Shown piece by piece: positions 1 through 9,000 of a stretch of 27,031 nt of DNA. Each line of letters starts with the position of its first letter. Positions within the stretch are counted from its first letter, which is position 1. The position numbers and the translations under genes are program-made. This DNA comes from Gemmatimonadaceae bacterium (GTDB lineage Bacteria > Gemmatimonadota > Gemmatimonadetes > Gemmatimonadales > Gemmatimonadaceae): assembly GCA_033763905.1 (NCBI GenBank), contig JANRJP010000125.1:1-27031 (forward strand), in the 5' to 3' direction. The notes under the pieces were generated by a model that saw only the letters and a list, made by a program, of their open reading frames with translations, was not told the DNA's origin and made no database searches.

Positions 1-617
1 GTCACGACATCCCAGCGGGCGTCCGGCGAGAGCACCGAGGCCCAGCCGGCCATCGGCGTGCCGGAGATGCCAACCGACACAATGCGGTACATCTGCGCGG
101 GCGACACGTCGCGTACCGCATCGTGCACGCCGATCGCCGGGGGCGCGGGATTCATTCCGGCGGCGGCGGGGCCGTCGCCCAGTCCGGTCAGGCCGTGGCA
201 GGACGCGCAGTTTCGTTCGTAGAGGGCGCGACCGGCGGCGAGATCCACGCGACGGGTCGGCAGGTCGAGCTGGGCATCAGGCCCAAGGGCGGTGACGAAG
301 CGCTGATGGAGCGCATCGACGTCGGCCGGAGCGCGTCGCGCGGTCACGGCGACGAGCATCGTGTCGAGAAGGGCTCTCAACTCTGCTGATTGCGGTCCCG
401 AGAGCCGAACCGCGACTTCCTTGGCATCGCGCAGAAAGCTCTGCGCCTCTTCGAGCTCGATCGGGGCGATCAGCTTGCCACGGGCGTCAACCGCCTTCGA
501 GTACTCGTCCGTTGCGACCGCAACGATGGCGCCAAGCCGCTTCGCGGCATTCTCTTGCGCCTGCGCTGCCGACGCCAAGAGGGCGGCGGCTCCAAGGAAG
601 TTGAGAATCGTTCTCAT
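1..617 (-). CDS. Exported c-type cytochrome, probably the N-terminus of a cytochrome c/FTR1 (PbrT-like) iron permease; runs off the left edge
   Basis: Absent from the ORF track; translated by hand from ATG 617: MRTILNFLGAAALLASAAQAQ (signal peptide)...VATDEYSKAV...IELEEAQSF...GRALYERNCASCHGLTGLGDGPAAAGMNPAP...MYRIVSVGISGTPMAGW. CxxCH haem motif plus distal Met; AAGGAAG SD upstream. The FTR1 domain itself would lie outside the window (inference). Confidence 0.8.
   Translation of the reverse strand, partial: MRTILNFLGAAALLASAAQAQENAAKRLGAIVAVATDEYSKAVDARGKLIAPIELEEAQSFLRDAKEVAVRLSGPQSAELRALLDTMLVAVTARRAPADVDALHQRFVTALGPDAQLDLPTRRVDLAAGRALYERNCASCHGLTGLGDGPAAAGMNPAPPAIGVHDAVRDVSPAQMYRIVSVGISGTPMAGWASVLSPDARWDVV
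602..616. promoter_or_regulatory. Fur-box-like 7-1-7 inverted repeat over the start codon of the cytochrome c gene
   Basis: TGAGAAT-C-GTTCTCA, one mismatch from a perfect dyad and close to TGATAATnATTATCA. A -10-like TACACT lies on the minus strand at 636-631. Confidence 0.65.
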
Positions 618-683
618 AGGGCTTCCTTGAAGTGTAGCCCAGCCGTGCCCGAGCGGAAGGGTTTCCCGATACGAACATTCGGA

Positions 684-1067
684 TTACCCCCGCTCCGCCA
701 CCACCATCGCGCCCGCCACCCCGTCGGCGTGAGTCAGCGTCAGGTGCAGCCGCGTCACGCCCATGGCCTCGGCGCGCGCCGCCGCCCGGCCGTGCAACCG
801 AAGCGAGGGAATCCCGTGGGCGTCCCGCACCACCTCGATGTCGCGCCAGCCGATCGCGCGCGCGTCTTCGGTGCCCGCGAGCGCCTTGTAACAGGCCTCC
901 TTCGCCGCGAACCGCGCGGCGTAGTGCTGCGCCGGCACCGCGTGAGCGTCCGCGTAGGCCCGCTCCCCATCAGAGAACAGCCGCGCCTTTGCGCGTTCCC
1001 CGTGCTGTGCCAGCATCTCCGCAATCCGCCGAATGTCCACCAGATCCATTCCGATGCCGGCGATCAT
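684..1067 (-). CDS. acpS: Holo-[acyl-carrier-protein] synthase
   Basis: 127 aa; GIGMDLV, AARFAAKEA, HGIPSL, LTLTH motifs. Confidence 0.95.
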   Translation of the reverse strand: MIAGIGMDLVDIRRIAEMLAQHGERAKARLFSDGERAYADAHAVPAQHYAARFAAKEACYKALAGTEDARAIGWRDIEVVRDAHGIPSLRLHGRAAARAEAMGVTRLHLTLTHADGVAGAMVVAERG

Positions 1068-1828
1068 CCCTCACCTCGGCGCAAGACGCGTCGCCAGAAG
1101 GCCCCCTGCGTCCCGCGGGAATCGGCAAGTGCGGGCAGTAGCGTCAGCCACCCGCGATCCGCGGCCTCCCACACTCGCACGAGTTGGGCACACCACCCGC
1201 GCCAGGCCCGGAGCCGCGCCGACGGCGACGCCCCGCGCCACGCGTCCGCCGCGAGCTCGAGCGCCGACAGCTCTCGGCGAACGGCGAGCAGCTGCTCATC
1301 GATCTCGGCCCGCAGCGCCCGCCGATCGGCGACATCCGACTCCAACGGGAACCGCCGCTGCGCGAGCTCGTCGGCCGCGGTCGTCAGCGCCTCACCGACC
1401 GATGCCGCCGCAAAGGCCTGCGCGCGTCGCGGCGCATCGGGTGCCGCGTGCGCCTCGCGCCGTGCCGCGACCAGCGGAGCGAAGTACACGTCGTGGTCAG
1501 AACCGGCGGACGCTTTGACCGACGCAAAGCCGCGCAACCCCCGCGTGACTTCAGGCACGGTCTCTGCGAGCTCGGCGATCACCTGCGCGGTCGCCTCGGC
1601 ATCGGCGAGCCCGGTCACGCGCAGCGCGGCACCATCGCGTCCGGCCAGCACCAACGCGCCCTGATCCACACTCGCCGAATCGAGTGCGTCGTAGGCGAGC
1701 ACGATGTCGCCGGTCCCGACGCGGATGCGGAATGACGACTCCAGTAGCACGAGCTCGCCCGTCGTCTGCACTCGCGTCGCGCCGAGGTAGCCCTCGGTCT
1801 GCACGGTCTGTGGCACACCCAGTCGCAT
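1064..1828 (-). CDS. Hypothetical protein, 254 aa (beta-rich N-domain, helical C-domain)
   Basis: ATG 1828 (MRLGVPQTV...) lies 1 nt after the CYTH stop; its stop overlaps the acpS start (ATGA). The longer ORF-track start at 2395 overlaps the CYTH gene and is rejected. Confidence 0.8.
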   Translation of the reverse strand: MRLGVPQTVQTEGYLGATRVQTTGELVLLESSFRIRVGTGDIVLAYDALDSASVDQGALVLAGRDGAALRVTGLADAEATAQVIAELAETVPEVTRGLRGFASVKASAGSDHDVYFAPLVAARREAHAAPDAPRRAQAFAAASVGEALTTAADELAQRRFPLESDVADRRALRAEIDEQLLAVRRELSALELAADAWRGASPSARLRAWRGWCAQLVRVWEAADRGWLTLLPALADSRGTQGAFWRRVLRRGEG

Positions 1829-1829
1829 C

Positions 1830-2426
1830 CTAGGGATCCTCGGGTTTCCAGAAGGCCTCGCCGCGCAGTTCGCGATCGCTGACCGCCGCGAGCTGACCCG
1901 TCCGGGCCGTGTAGCGCATCGCAAACGCCTGCAGGCGTTCGGTCGTGAAGCCGTCCCGTGGCAGGCCAAGCACACGAATGGCCGCTTCGATTCCTGCGGG
2001 TTCGCCTTCGACTTCCACCAGCACGTCCATCCGCGGGTAGGACTCGAACCGCACGATCGCATCCTCGAGCCGGTACTGCACGATGTCGCGATCGATCTCG
2101 CGCGCCACCTGATACCCCAGCAATTCGAGCATCCGAGCGAGGGTATCAGGATCCTCGATCCCGGTCGACAGCTCGTCGCGCACCTTGTAGCCGTCGGCGA
2201 GCATCGTTGGCCCCTTCCAGTCGAGCGCCGCGCGCACCGCCGTGGCGCTGCGATACGTGCGCAAGCGCAAGACGACATCGACGAGCGACAGTCGGCGATC
2301 CGCCGTGTCATAGCGCCGATCCTCGAGTCGCCCTTCGAACACGAGTCGACCGCCGGCGTCCTCGACCGCGCGACGGCAGCGCTCGAGGTCGTCAACGACC
2401 GACTTGAGTTCGACCTCGCGCTCCAT
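1830..2426 (-). CDS. CYTH-superfamily triphosphate tunnel enzyme (class IV adenylate cyclase CyaB-like / triphosphatase)
   Basis: N-terminal ExExK (EVELK), D-x2-YD, LRLR, WKGP, RDE and LVEVE motifs; ATG overlaps the HAD stop (TGATG). Confidence 0.9.
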   Translation of the reverse strand: MEREVELKSVVDDLERCRRAVEDAGGRLVFEGRLEDRRYDTADRRLSLVDVVLRLRTYRSATAVRAALDWKGPTMLADGYKVRDELSTGIEDPDTLARMLELLGYQVAREIDRDIVQYRLEDAIVRFESYPRMDVLVEVEGEPAGIEAAIRVLGLPRDGFTTERLQAFAMRYTARTGQLAAVSDRELRGEAFWKPEDP

Positions 2427-3112
2427 CAGCACTCCAGAATGGTTCGCACCGTCGTGTCCACATCGGCCATCGACGCGAGCACCGCGGCCGGCGCGTGCGC
2501 GGCGAGTTCGTCCATCGAGAAGCGGCCGGTGGCCACCGCCAGCGCCCGCGCGCCCTGCGCGTGGGCACAGGCAATGTCGAGCGGCGTGTCGCCGATCACC
2601 ACCAGCGCATCCCGTGGGACATCTCGGGCCAGCGCCGCGATCGCACGCTCGCGGGCGATCCGCGGCAGCTCCGGACGCAATTCGTGGTCGGAGCCGTAGG
2701 CGCCGAGTACGAAGCGCTCGATGTCGATCGCGGCGGCGCCCAGCTTCACCCGGGCACCGTCGATGACGTTGCCCGTCAGCAGACCGAGGACGACATCATC
2801 ACGCGGTTCGAGTGCGTCGAGCACGGCTTCGACGCCGGGCAGGGCCCGAATGGCCTGCGCCGACTTCTCGACGTCGAGTTCGGCGAGGTATCGCGCGAAC
2901 ACGTGCGGCATTCCCGCCTCGATCTCGGCGTCGGTCCGGCCATCGGCACGCATCAACTCGCGGACGATCTGGCGATCGGTCTTGCCATCATAGGCATAGC
3001 CCGCCGGCCCGATCGAGCCGAAGACCTCCATCAGCGCCGTTTCCATCGCACGACGGCCGGCGCCACCAGACGCCAGCAGTGTGCCGTCAATATCGAAGAG
3101 GGCAATTCTCAC
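2426..3112 (-). CDS. HAD-superfamily hydrolase (phosphoglycolate phosphatase-like)
   Basis: Motif I FDIDGT, motif II LTGN, motif IV IGDTPLD; 228 aa. Confidence 0.92.
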   Translation of the reverse strand: MRIALFDIDGTLLASGGAGRRAMETALMEVFGSIGPAGYAYDGKTDRQIVRELMRADGRTDAEIEAGMPHVFARYLAELDVEKSAQAIRALPGVEAVLDALEPRDDVVLGLLTGNVIDGARVKLGAAAIDIERFVLGAYGSDHELRPELPRIARERAIAALARDVPRDALVVIGDTPLDIACAHAQGARALAVATGRFSMDELAAHAPAAVLASMADVDTTVRTILEC

Positions 3113-3119
3113 GAGTCAC

Positions 3120-4031
3120 TCACGAACGAACGAGAAGAAGACCGAGCATCGTGCCCGCCGCACCGAGGAACTGCCACGGCGTCGGCGCTTCGTGCAGCAG
3201 CAGCGCGCCCACCACCAGCGCCACGACCGGCTGCAGGTTGGAATACATCGCGGTGCGCGTCGGGCCGAGCACCCGCAGCCCGCGGTACCAGGCGAGATAG
3301 CCGATCGCGATGGCGAGCACCCCGGCATAGAACACCGCGCCCCAGGCCGAGGCCGGCAGCGACGGCCACGGCACACGGGACAACTGCGGAATCGCCACGA
3401 GCGCCAGCGGCACCGCGCCGCCGAGCATCGTGATCGCCGACAGGCTGATCGGGGGCACCTGTTCGGTCAGCGGCCGGAGCAGCACGCTGTACGCAACCCA
3501 GCAGAGCACCGCGAGCAGCGCCAGCACATCACCGCCGAGCGAGCCGCCCGGGGCCGCGCCAGCGGCGCCGCCAGTGATGACCAAGGCCAGCCCAGCAATC
3601 GAGACGCCGATGCCGACGATGCCGCGCATCGCGAGCACATCGGTCCCGCGGATGCGGCCGACCAACGCCAGTAAGGCTGGCGTCGCCGCGAGCATAATCG
3701 CCACGTTCGCCGACCGGGTCCGGCTGATCGCCAGGACGAACAGAATCTGATACAAGCCGTTGCCGAGCAGACCGAGCGCAAGCAGCCGCCGCCACGTCGC
3801 GGCCGGCACGCGAGCTTCGCGCGCCACCGCGGCCGCCGCGAAGAGCAGGACCGTCGCCAGCCCGACCCGCACGGCGTTGAACGCAAAGGGCGCGAACTGC
3901 TCGGCCCCGTGCTTGACGACCGCGAAGTTGCCCCCCCACACGAGGGCCACGCCAAGCAGTGCGGCGTCCGTCCGCGAGAAGGCGGGTCGGGCCGGTGGCG
4001 TGGCGGTGGTCACGGGGGTGACGGAAGACAT
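3120..4031 (-). CDS. EamA/DMT family transporter
   Basis: 303 aa, about 10 hydrophobic helices in two repeats; WGGNF, NLQPVVA, LLHEAPT motifs. Confidence 0.92.
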   Translation of the reverse strand: MSSVTPVTTATPPARPAFSRTDAALLGVALVWGGNFAVVKHGAEQFAPFAFNAVRVGLATVLLFAAAAVAREARVPAATWRRLLALGLLGNGLYQILFVLAISRTRSANVAIMLAATPALLALVGRIRGTDVLAMRGIVGIGVSIAGLALVITGGAAGAAPGGSLGGDVLALLAVLCWVAYSVLLRPLTEQVPPISLSAITMLGGAVPLALVAIPQLSRVPWPSLPASAWGAVFYAGVLAIAIGYLAWYRGLRVLGPTRTAMYSNLQPVVALVVGALLLHEAPTPWQFLGAAGTMLGLLLVRS

Positions 4032-4066
4032 CCGCGAAAGCTAGCAAGGTCGGATAGATTCCCCGA
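4032..4066. promoter_or_regulatory. Back-to-back leaderless -10 elements for eamA and the DUF6941-like gene
   Basis: Minus: TAGCTT(4043-4038)-N6-ATG 4031. Plus: TAGATT(4055-4060)-N6-ATG 4067. No SD for either gene. Confidence 0.65.
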
Positions 4067-4501
4067 ATGCACGTCTCGTTCGCCCTCTTCGCCGACGCGG
4101 CCAACCTTTCGCAAGAAGGGAAGCTCAACATCCTCGGCGTGTTCGATGCCCTGCAGGTGGCGCAACTGCCGGCCATTCACGCGCGTGCCACGCTCGTCGT
4201 GCGCATCAAGGGCAACGCGGCGGACGTGGGGGCGCACGACGTCTCGATGCGCTGGGTCAATCCGGCGGGCGTCGAGCTGTGGCACTCCCAGGGCACGCTC
4301 GACTTCGGGGCGTTGCCCGATGACGTCCCCGAAGCGGATCTGCCGCTGATCGCCGTGATCGACCTGCCCGCCGATCTGGCCGGCGAGTACGCGATGGAGA
4401 TTTCGGTGGACCGGCAGCAAGCCGCGCGGGTCCCGCTGCTGATACGGGCGATGCCGTCCCTACCGGTGATGCCGCCCGCCCCGGGCGGGCTCGTGCACTA
4501 A
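4067..4501 (+). CDS. Conserved hypothetical beta-sandwich protein (DUF6941-like)
   Basis: 144 aa; ALFADAA...GKLNILGVFD N-terminus and GEYAMEISVD C-terminus, recognised from memory of the family. Confidence 0.75.
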   Translation: MHVSFALFADAANLSQEGKLNILGVFDALQVAQLPAIHARATLVVRIKGNAADVGAHDVSMRWVNPAGVELWHSQGTLDFGALPDDVPEADLPLIAVIDLPADLAGEYAMEISVDRQQAARVPLLIRAMPSLPVMPPAPGGLVH

Positions 4502-4659
4502 CGCGCGAGCCCCGGCGACGGCGATTGCTGCGCCTTGCTGCAACTGGCGCAGAGCGTCACGCCGCGGATCGAACAGAGCACGCAGATGAAGGTGCCGCAG
4601 TGATGGCACGGGTAACCCTCGGACGCGCGCTCCTCACGGCCGCACGAGCGACAGATCAT
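4498..4659 (-). CDS. 53-aa microprotein with four CxxC pairs (two-zinc finger)
   Basis: MICRSCGREERASEGYPCHHCGTFICVLCSIRGVTLCASCSKAQ...; AAGGAG SD upstream of ATG 4659. Confidence 0.8.
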   Translation of the reverse strand: MICRSCGREERASEGYPCHHCGTFICVLCSIRGVTLCASCSKAQQSPSPGLAR

Positions 4660-4712
4660 CGCGTCGTGCTCCTTCGGCAGATGCGGGGTCGAACCAGTCA
4701 TCGGCACTCCGG

Positions 4713-6065
4713 CTAGCGTCGGGCCTCGGGCAGCCCAAAGCCCTTGATCTTCTTGATCAGGGTGGCGCGCGAGATCCCCAGTTCCTTGGCGGCGTGTGTC
4801 CGATTGCCGCCGTGTGCCTGCAAGGTACGCTCGATGTGGGCGCGTTCAACATCCTCCAGCGTGCGCGGCACGTGATGTTCGACGCCCGCGCCGGACGCGG
4901 AACGGACTTCCGCCGGCAGCAGGTCGACCTCCAGCCGCGACTGGCCGCGTCCCATGATCATCGCGCGCTCGAGCACGTTCCGCATTTCGCGGATGTTGCC
5001 CGGCCAGGCATAGCGCAGCAGCCGGTCGAGCGCGGCCTCGCCCAGCGACTGCGGCGCGTCGGGGAGCGACTGCCCGAGATCGGCAAGCAGATGGGCGATC
5101 AACTCGACCACATCCTCCCGCGCGCGCGCCCGCACCGGCGGCAGGTGCACCGGCATCACGCTGAGCCGATAGTACAGATCTTCGCGGAACCGGTTGTCGG
5201 TGACTTCGGCCACGAGATCCTTGCCCGAGGCTGCGATGAGCCGGACGTTGGGAATGAACTCCTGCGTCCCGCCGAGCCGACGGAAGCCCTTGCCCTCGAG
5301 CACGCGCAGCAACCGCGGCTGCAGCGTCGGCCCGAGATCGCCAACTTCGTCGAGGAAGATCGACCCGCCCTGTGCGACCTCGAAGAGCCCGGCCTTGCCG
5401 TCGCGCCCATCGCCGAACGCGCCTCGCTCCCATCCGAACAGTTCGCCCTCGAGCGACGATTCGGTCAGCGCCGCACAGTTCACCTCCACGTAGGGCCGAT
5501 CGGCGCGCGGGCTCTGCTGATGGACGTACTCGGCCACCACCCCCTTGCCCGTGCCGCTCTCGCCGAGAATGAGCACGGTCGTGCGCTCGCTGGCCGCGAG
5601 CAGGGCGATCTGGTCGGCCAACTCGCGCATCGCGGGTGACGTGCCGAGCAGGAACTTCTGCGCCGCGGCGCGCTTGTCCGACAGCGCCCGCGCCATCTGC
5701 TTCAGGCGCACTTTCTCGAACGCCCGCTCGACCGTGACGCCGAGGTGATTGAGATCGACCGGCTTCGTCAGGAAGTTCTCGGCGCCCGCCTGCATCGCCT
5801 GAACCGCCATCGGGATGTCGCCGTACGCCGTGATCATGATGATGACGGCGTCGTCGTCGCGGATGCGCGCCAGCACATCGAAGCCGGTCATATCGGGCAG
5901 TCGCAGATCGAGCAGCACGACATCCGGGCGGATGCGGCGACTGGCCTCGACGCCCTCGCGACCGGTGTGGGCGCGATGCGTCGTGTGCCCCCCGGTCCGT
6001 TCGAAGAACGTCGCGAAGGCGTTGGTGATGCTCTCTTCGTCGTCGATGATCAGGATGGTGCCCAT
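4713..6065 (-). CDS. NtrC-family response regulator (REC-AAA+-Fis HTH) with degenerate GAFTGA
   Basis: Start MGTILIIDDEE at 6065; LLDLRLPD, TKP, GESGTGK, VNCAAL, IFLDEV, FREDLYYRL, WPGNIRE, GNRTHAAKELGISRATL. Confidence 0.93.
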   Translation of the reverse strand: MGTILIIDDEESITNAFATFFERTGGHTTHRAHTGREGVEASRRIRPDVVLLDLRLPDMTGFDVLARIRDDDAVIIMITAYGDIPMAVQAMQAGAENFLTKPVDLNHLGVTVERAFEKVRLKQMARALSDKRAAAQKFLLGTSPAMRELADQIALLAASERTTVLILGESGTGKGVVAEYVHQQSPRADRPYVEVNCAALTESSLEGELFGWERGAFGDGRDGKAGLFEVAQGGSIFLDEVGDLGPTLQPRLLRVLEGKGFRRLGGTQEFIPNVRLIAASGKDLVAEVTDNRFREDLYYRLSVMPVHLPPVRARAREDVVELIAHLLADLGQSLPDAPQSLGEAALDRLLRYAWPGNIREMRNVLERAMIMGRGQSRLEVDLLPAEVRSASGAGVEHHVPRTLEDVERAHIERTLQAHGGNRTHAAKELGISRATLIKKIKGFGLPEARR

Positions 6066-9000
6066 CAGGACAGCGCTCCCCGGAGTCGGGCCGGCAAGGT
6101 GACGAGGTCGTACGGTTTGTCGAGCCACGGCACGCCGCGCTCGGTACAGAGGACACGCGCCGCCGCGTTGGGGCGTCCCGACACGACGACTTTGGCCGCG
6201 TTGCTCGGCGCTTCGCGCGCGAGGCGGTCGACTAGCGCGAGCGCCCCGCCGGGGAGTGCGGCATCGAGCAGCAGCACGTCCCAATCGCGGAGCACGGCGA
6301 CCTTCAGCACTTCGTCGACATCGGCGATGGTGAGCACGGCGTCCCCGGCATCGGCCAAGGCCCGCGCCGCCAATCGCCGCGCGTCGGCGTCGGGGTCGGC
6401 CACCAGCACGCGGAGCGGTTCCCGCTGTTCGGTCGGCGTCACGGTCGGTACCGGACTGCCTTGCACCGGCAATTCGATACGGAACCGCGTGCCCTCGCTG
6501 GGCGTGCTGAACACTTCGATCCGGCCGCCGTGCTCCCGCACGATGCCGTCGGACAACGACAGCCCGAGCCCGGTCCCCTTCCCCACCGGCTTGGTCGTGA
6601 AGAACGGATTGAAGATTCGCGGGAGCACTTCGGCCGGGATGCCGGGACCGGTATCGCGGATCTCGACCACGATCAGCGCGTCGAGCTGCACCGCACGCAC
6701 ATCGATGCGACGGGGCCCGGGATGCTGCTCCAGCGCGTGCTCGGCGTTCACCAGAATGTTGAGGAAGGCCTGCTGCAGCTGGCCTTCGTCCCCCCACGTG
6801 CTGGGCAGATCCGCCGGGATCTCGGTGACGACGTCGATGTTGTGCACGCGCTGCGGGTATCGCCGCAGGGCGAGGGTGTCGCGCAGCACGGTGCCGATGT
6901 CGGCGAAGCTCCGGCTGGGTCGGTGCTGTCGGGCAAAGGTGAGCAAATTGCTGACGATCTTCGACGCGCGGCGCGCTTCGCCGTGGATGACACTGGCCGC
7001 GTCGGCAATGTCGGCATCGAGCCCCGGGACGGCCTGCAGCAGTTGGGCGTGCGCGATCACGCCGGCGAGCGGATTGTTCAGCTCGTGGGCCACACCGCTG
7101 ACGAGTTCACCGATTGCGGCGAGCCGCTCCTGCAGCTGCAGCTGCTCCTGCATTCGCCGCTCGTCGGTCACATCGCGGACGACGGCCAGCACGCCGGTCA
7201 CCCGACCGTTCGAGTCGATCGGCGTCGCGAGCAGCGAGGCTGTGCGCATTTCGTTGCGCACATCCCGGTACTGGAAGTCGGTCCGTTGCGCCTCGCCGCG
7301 CAGCGTGTCGTGCAGGACCCGCCAGAGCGCGTCGCGATCGGGCGAGCGTTCGAGCAACACGGTGAACGGCTGTCCGATCATCACGTCACGGTCGAGCCCA
7401 ACGGTGCGTTCGAGCACGCGATTGGCGCTGGTCAGTACACCGGCTTCGTCCAGTGTGAAGATGGCGTCGCCGGCGACGTCGACCAGTCGGGCGTACCGCG
7501 CCTCGGATCGGGCCAACTCCAGTTCGCGGGTCCGTTCGTCGGTGATGTCGCGCGCGATACCGAGCACGCCGACCACCGTACCCTGCTCACGAATCGGCGT
7601 ATTGACGATCGAGAGCAGTCGGGTCGTACCATCGGTCCGGCGCATCCGCGCTTCGAAGCGGATCTCGTGCCCTGCAATCACACGCGCGAACTGCTCCTGC
7701 GTGCGCTCGACCTCGTCGAGTGCGATGAATGGCGCGATCGATCGGCCGAGCATCGCCGTCGCGTCGGTTCCCGCCAGCCGCGCCGCCGCCGTGTTGGCCG
7801 ACGTGATGTAGCCGCGCAGATCGAGCGTGTAGATCGCGTCGGTCGCGTTCTCGAACAGATTGCGGTAGCGCGCTTCGGACTTGGCGATGGCGTCGCGGGC
7901 GCGTCGCTCCTCGGTGACGTCGCGGAGCGACGCCACCAGGCTGGTGACACGACCACCGGGATCGGCCAGCGGCGCGCTACTGACCGACACGATCCGCAAC
8001 TCGCCGTCCGCACGCTGCACGACCGTCTCGTAGCGCTGGCGTTCGCCGGCGAACGCGCGGTCCTCGGACTCGCGCACCTCCTGCCGCATCGCCGGGGGGA
8101 CGGTGTCCGACACCGGTCGACCCACGAGTTCGTCGGTGCCGAAGAGGGCAAAGGCCGCCGCGTTCGCGAAGGTGATTCGCCGGTCTTCCGACGTGACGAC
8201 GATCGCGTCGTTGCTGGTCTCGACCAGATTGCGATACCGCGACTGCAGCGCGTGGAGGTCGGTCACATCGTCGAAGGTCACCACCACTCCCCCGTCGGGA
8301 TGCGGTGAGGCGACCACGTCGAACAATCGACCACGTTGTGGTGCCGCCACGATGGCACTGTGCCGGGCACCATCCAGCAGCGCGTCGGCGATCGGCAACG
8401 GCAGGGCGTCGCCGGCATCGTCGGCCAGCACTTCGCCGATCGGACGTCCCAGCAAGGTCTGTCCAGCCGCCGCACCCGCCAGCGTGAGCGCTCGGGCGTT
8501 GAAGCGCACGATACGCCCGGTGTCGTCGACGACGACGACGCCGCTCGGGACCGCGTCGAACAGGACCTTCCATTCGAGCGTTGCCGCGCGCGCTTCTTCG
8601 AAGAGCCGCGCGTTGACGATTGCGACCGCACACTGGTCGGCGAGTCGCTGCAGCATCCGCGCGTCCTCAACCGAAAACGGCGTCTCGCGATCGTTCGCGG
8701 CCAGAACGCCCACGACGCCGCGCGCCGTGATCAGCGGCACCACCACGACGCGACGGATCTGTGCGGCACGCTGCGTGGGCCGGAACACGCCTGGCTCGCT
8801 CGACGTGTCGTTCACGATCCGGGCGGTCTTGTCGCGCACGACCTGCCCGGACACGCTGCCATCGATCGGCATCAGACGTCCGGCGAGAACCGTCGCGGCA
8901 CCAACGCCGGACACGATATGGATGTAGCGATCCTCGATCAGACCAAGCGCGGCGCCGTCCGTTCTGAGCAGCGCCATCGCGTGCCGGAGGATCAAACGCT

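Noticed and set aside
1830..2426. CYTH enzyme as the scavenger of PPPi released by PduO
   Set aside because: Chemically plausible but about 17 kb away in another operon; no sequence support
6066..6797. N-terminal extensions in the ORF track (regulator to 6797, kinase to 10018, lipid kinase to 10854, aroB from 20237, ygfZ from 24183)
   Set aside because: They overlap neighbouring genes and are low complexity; the shorter starts begin at the first recognisable domain, several with coupled stop/start junctions
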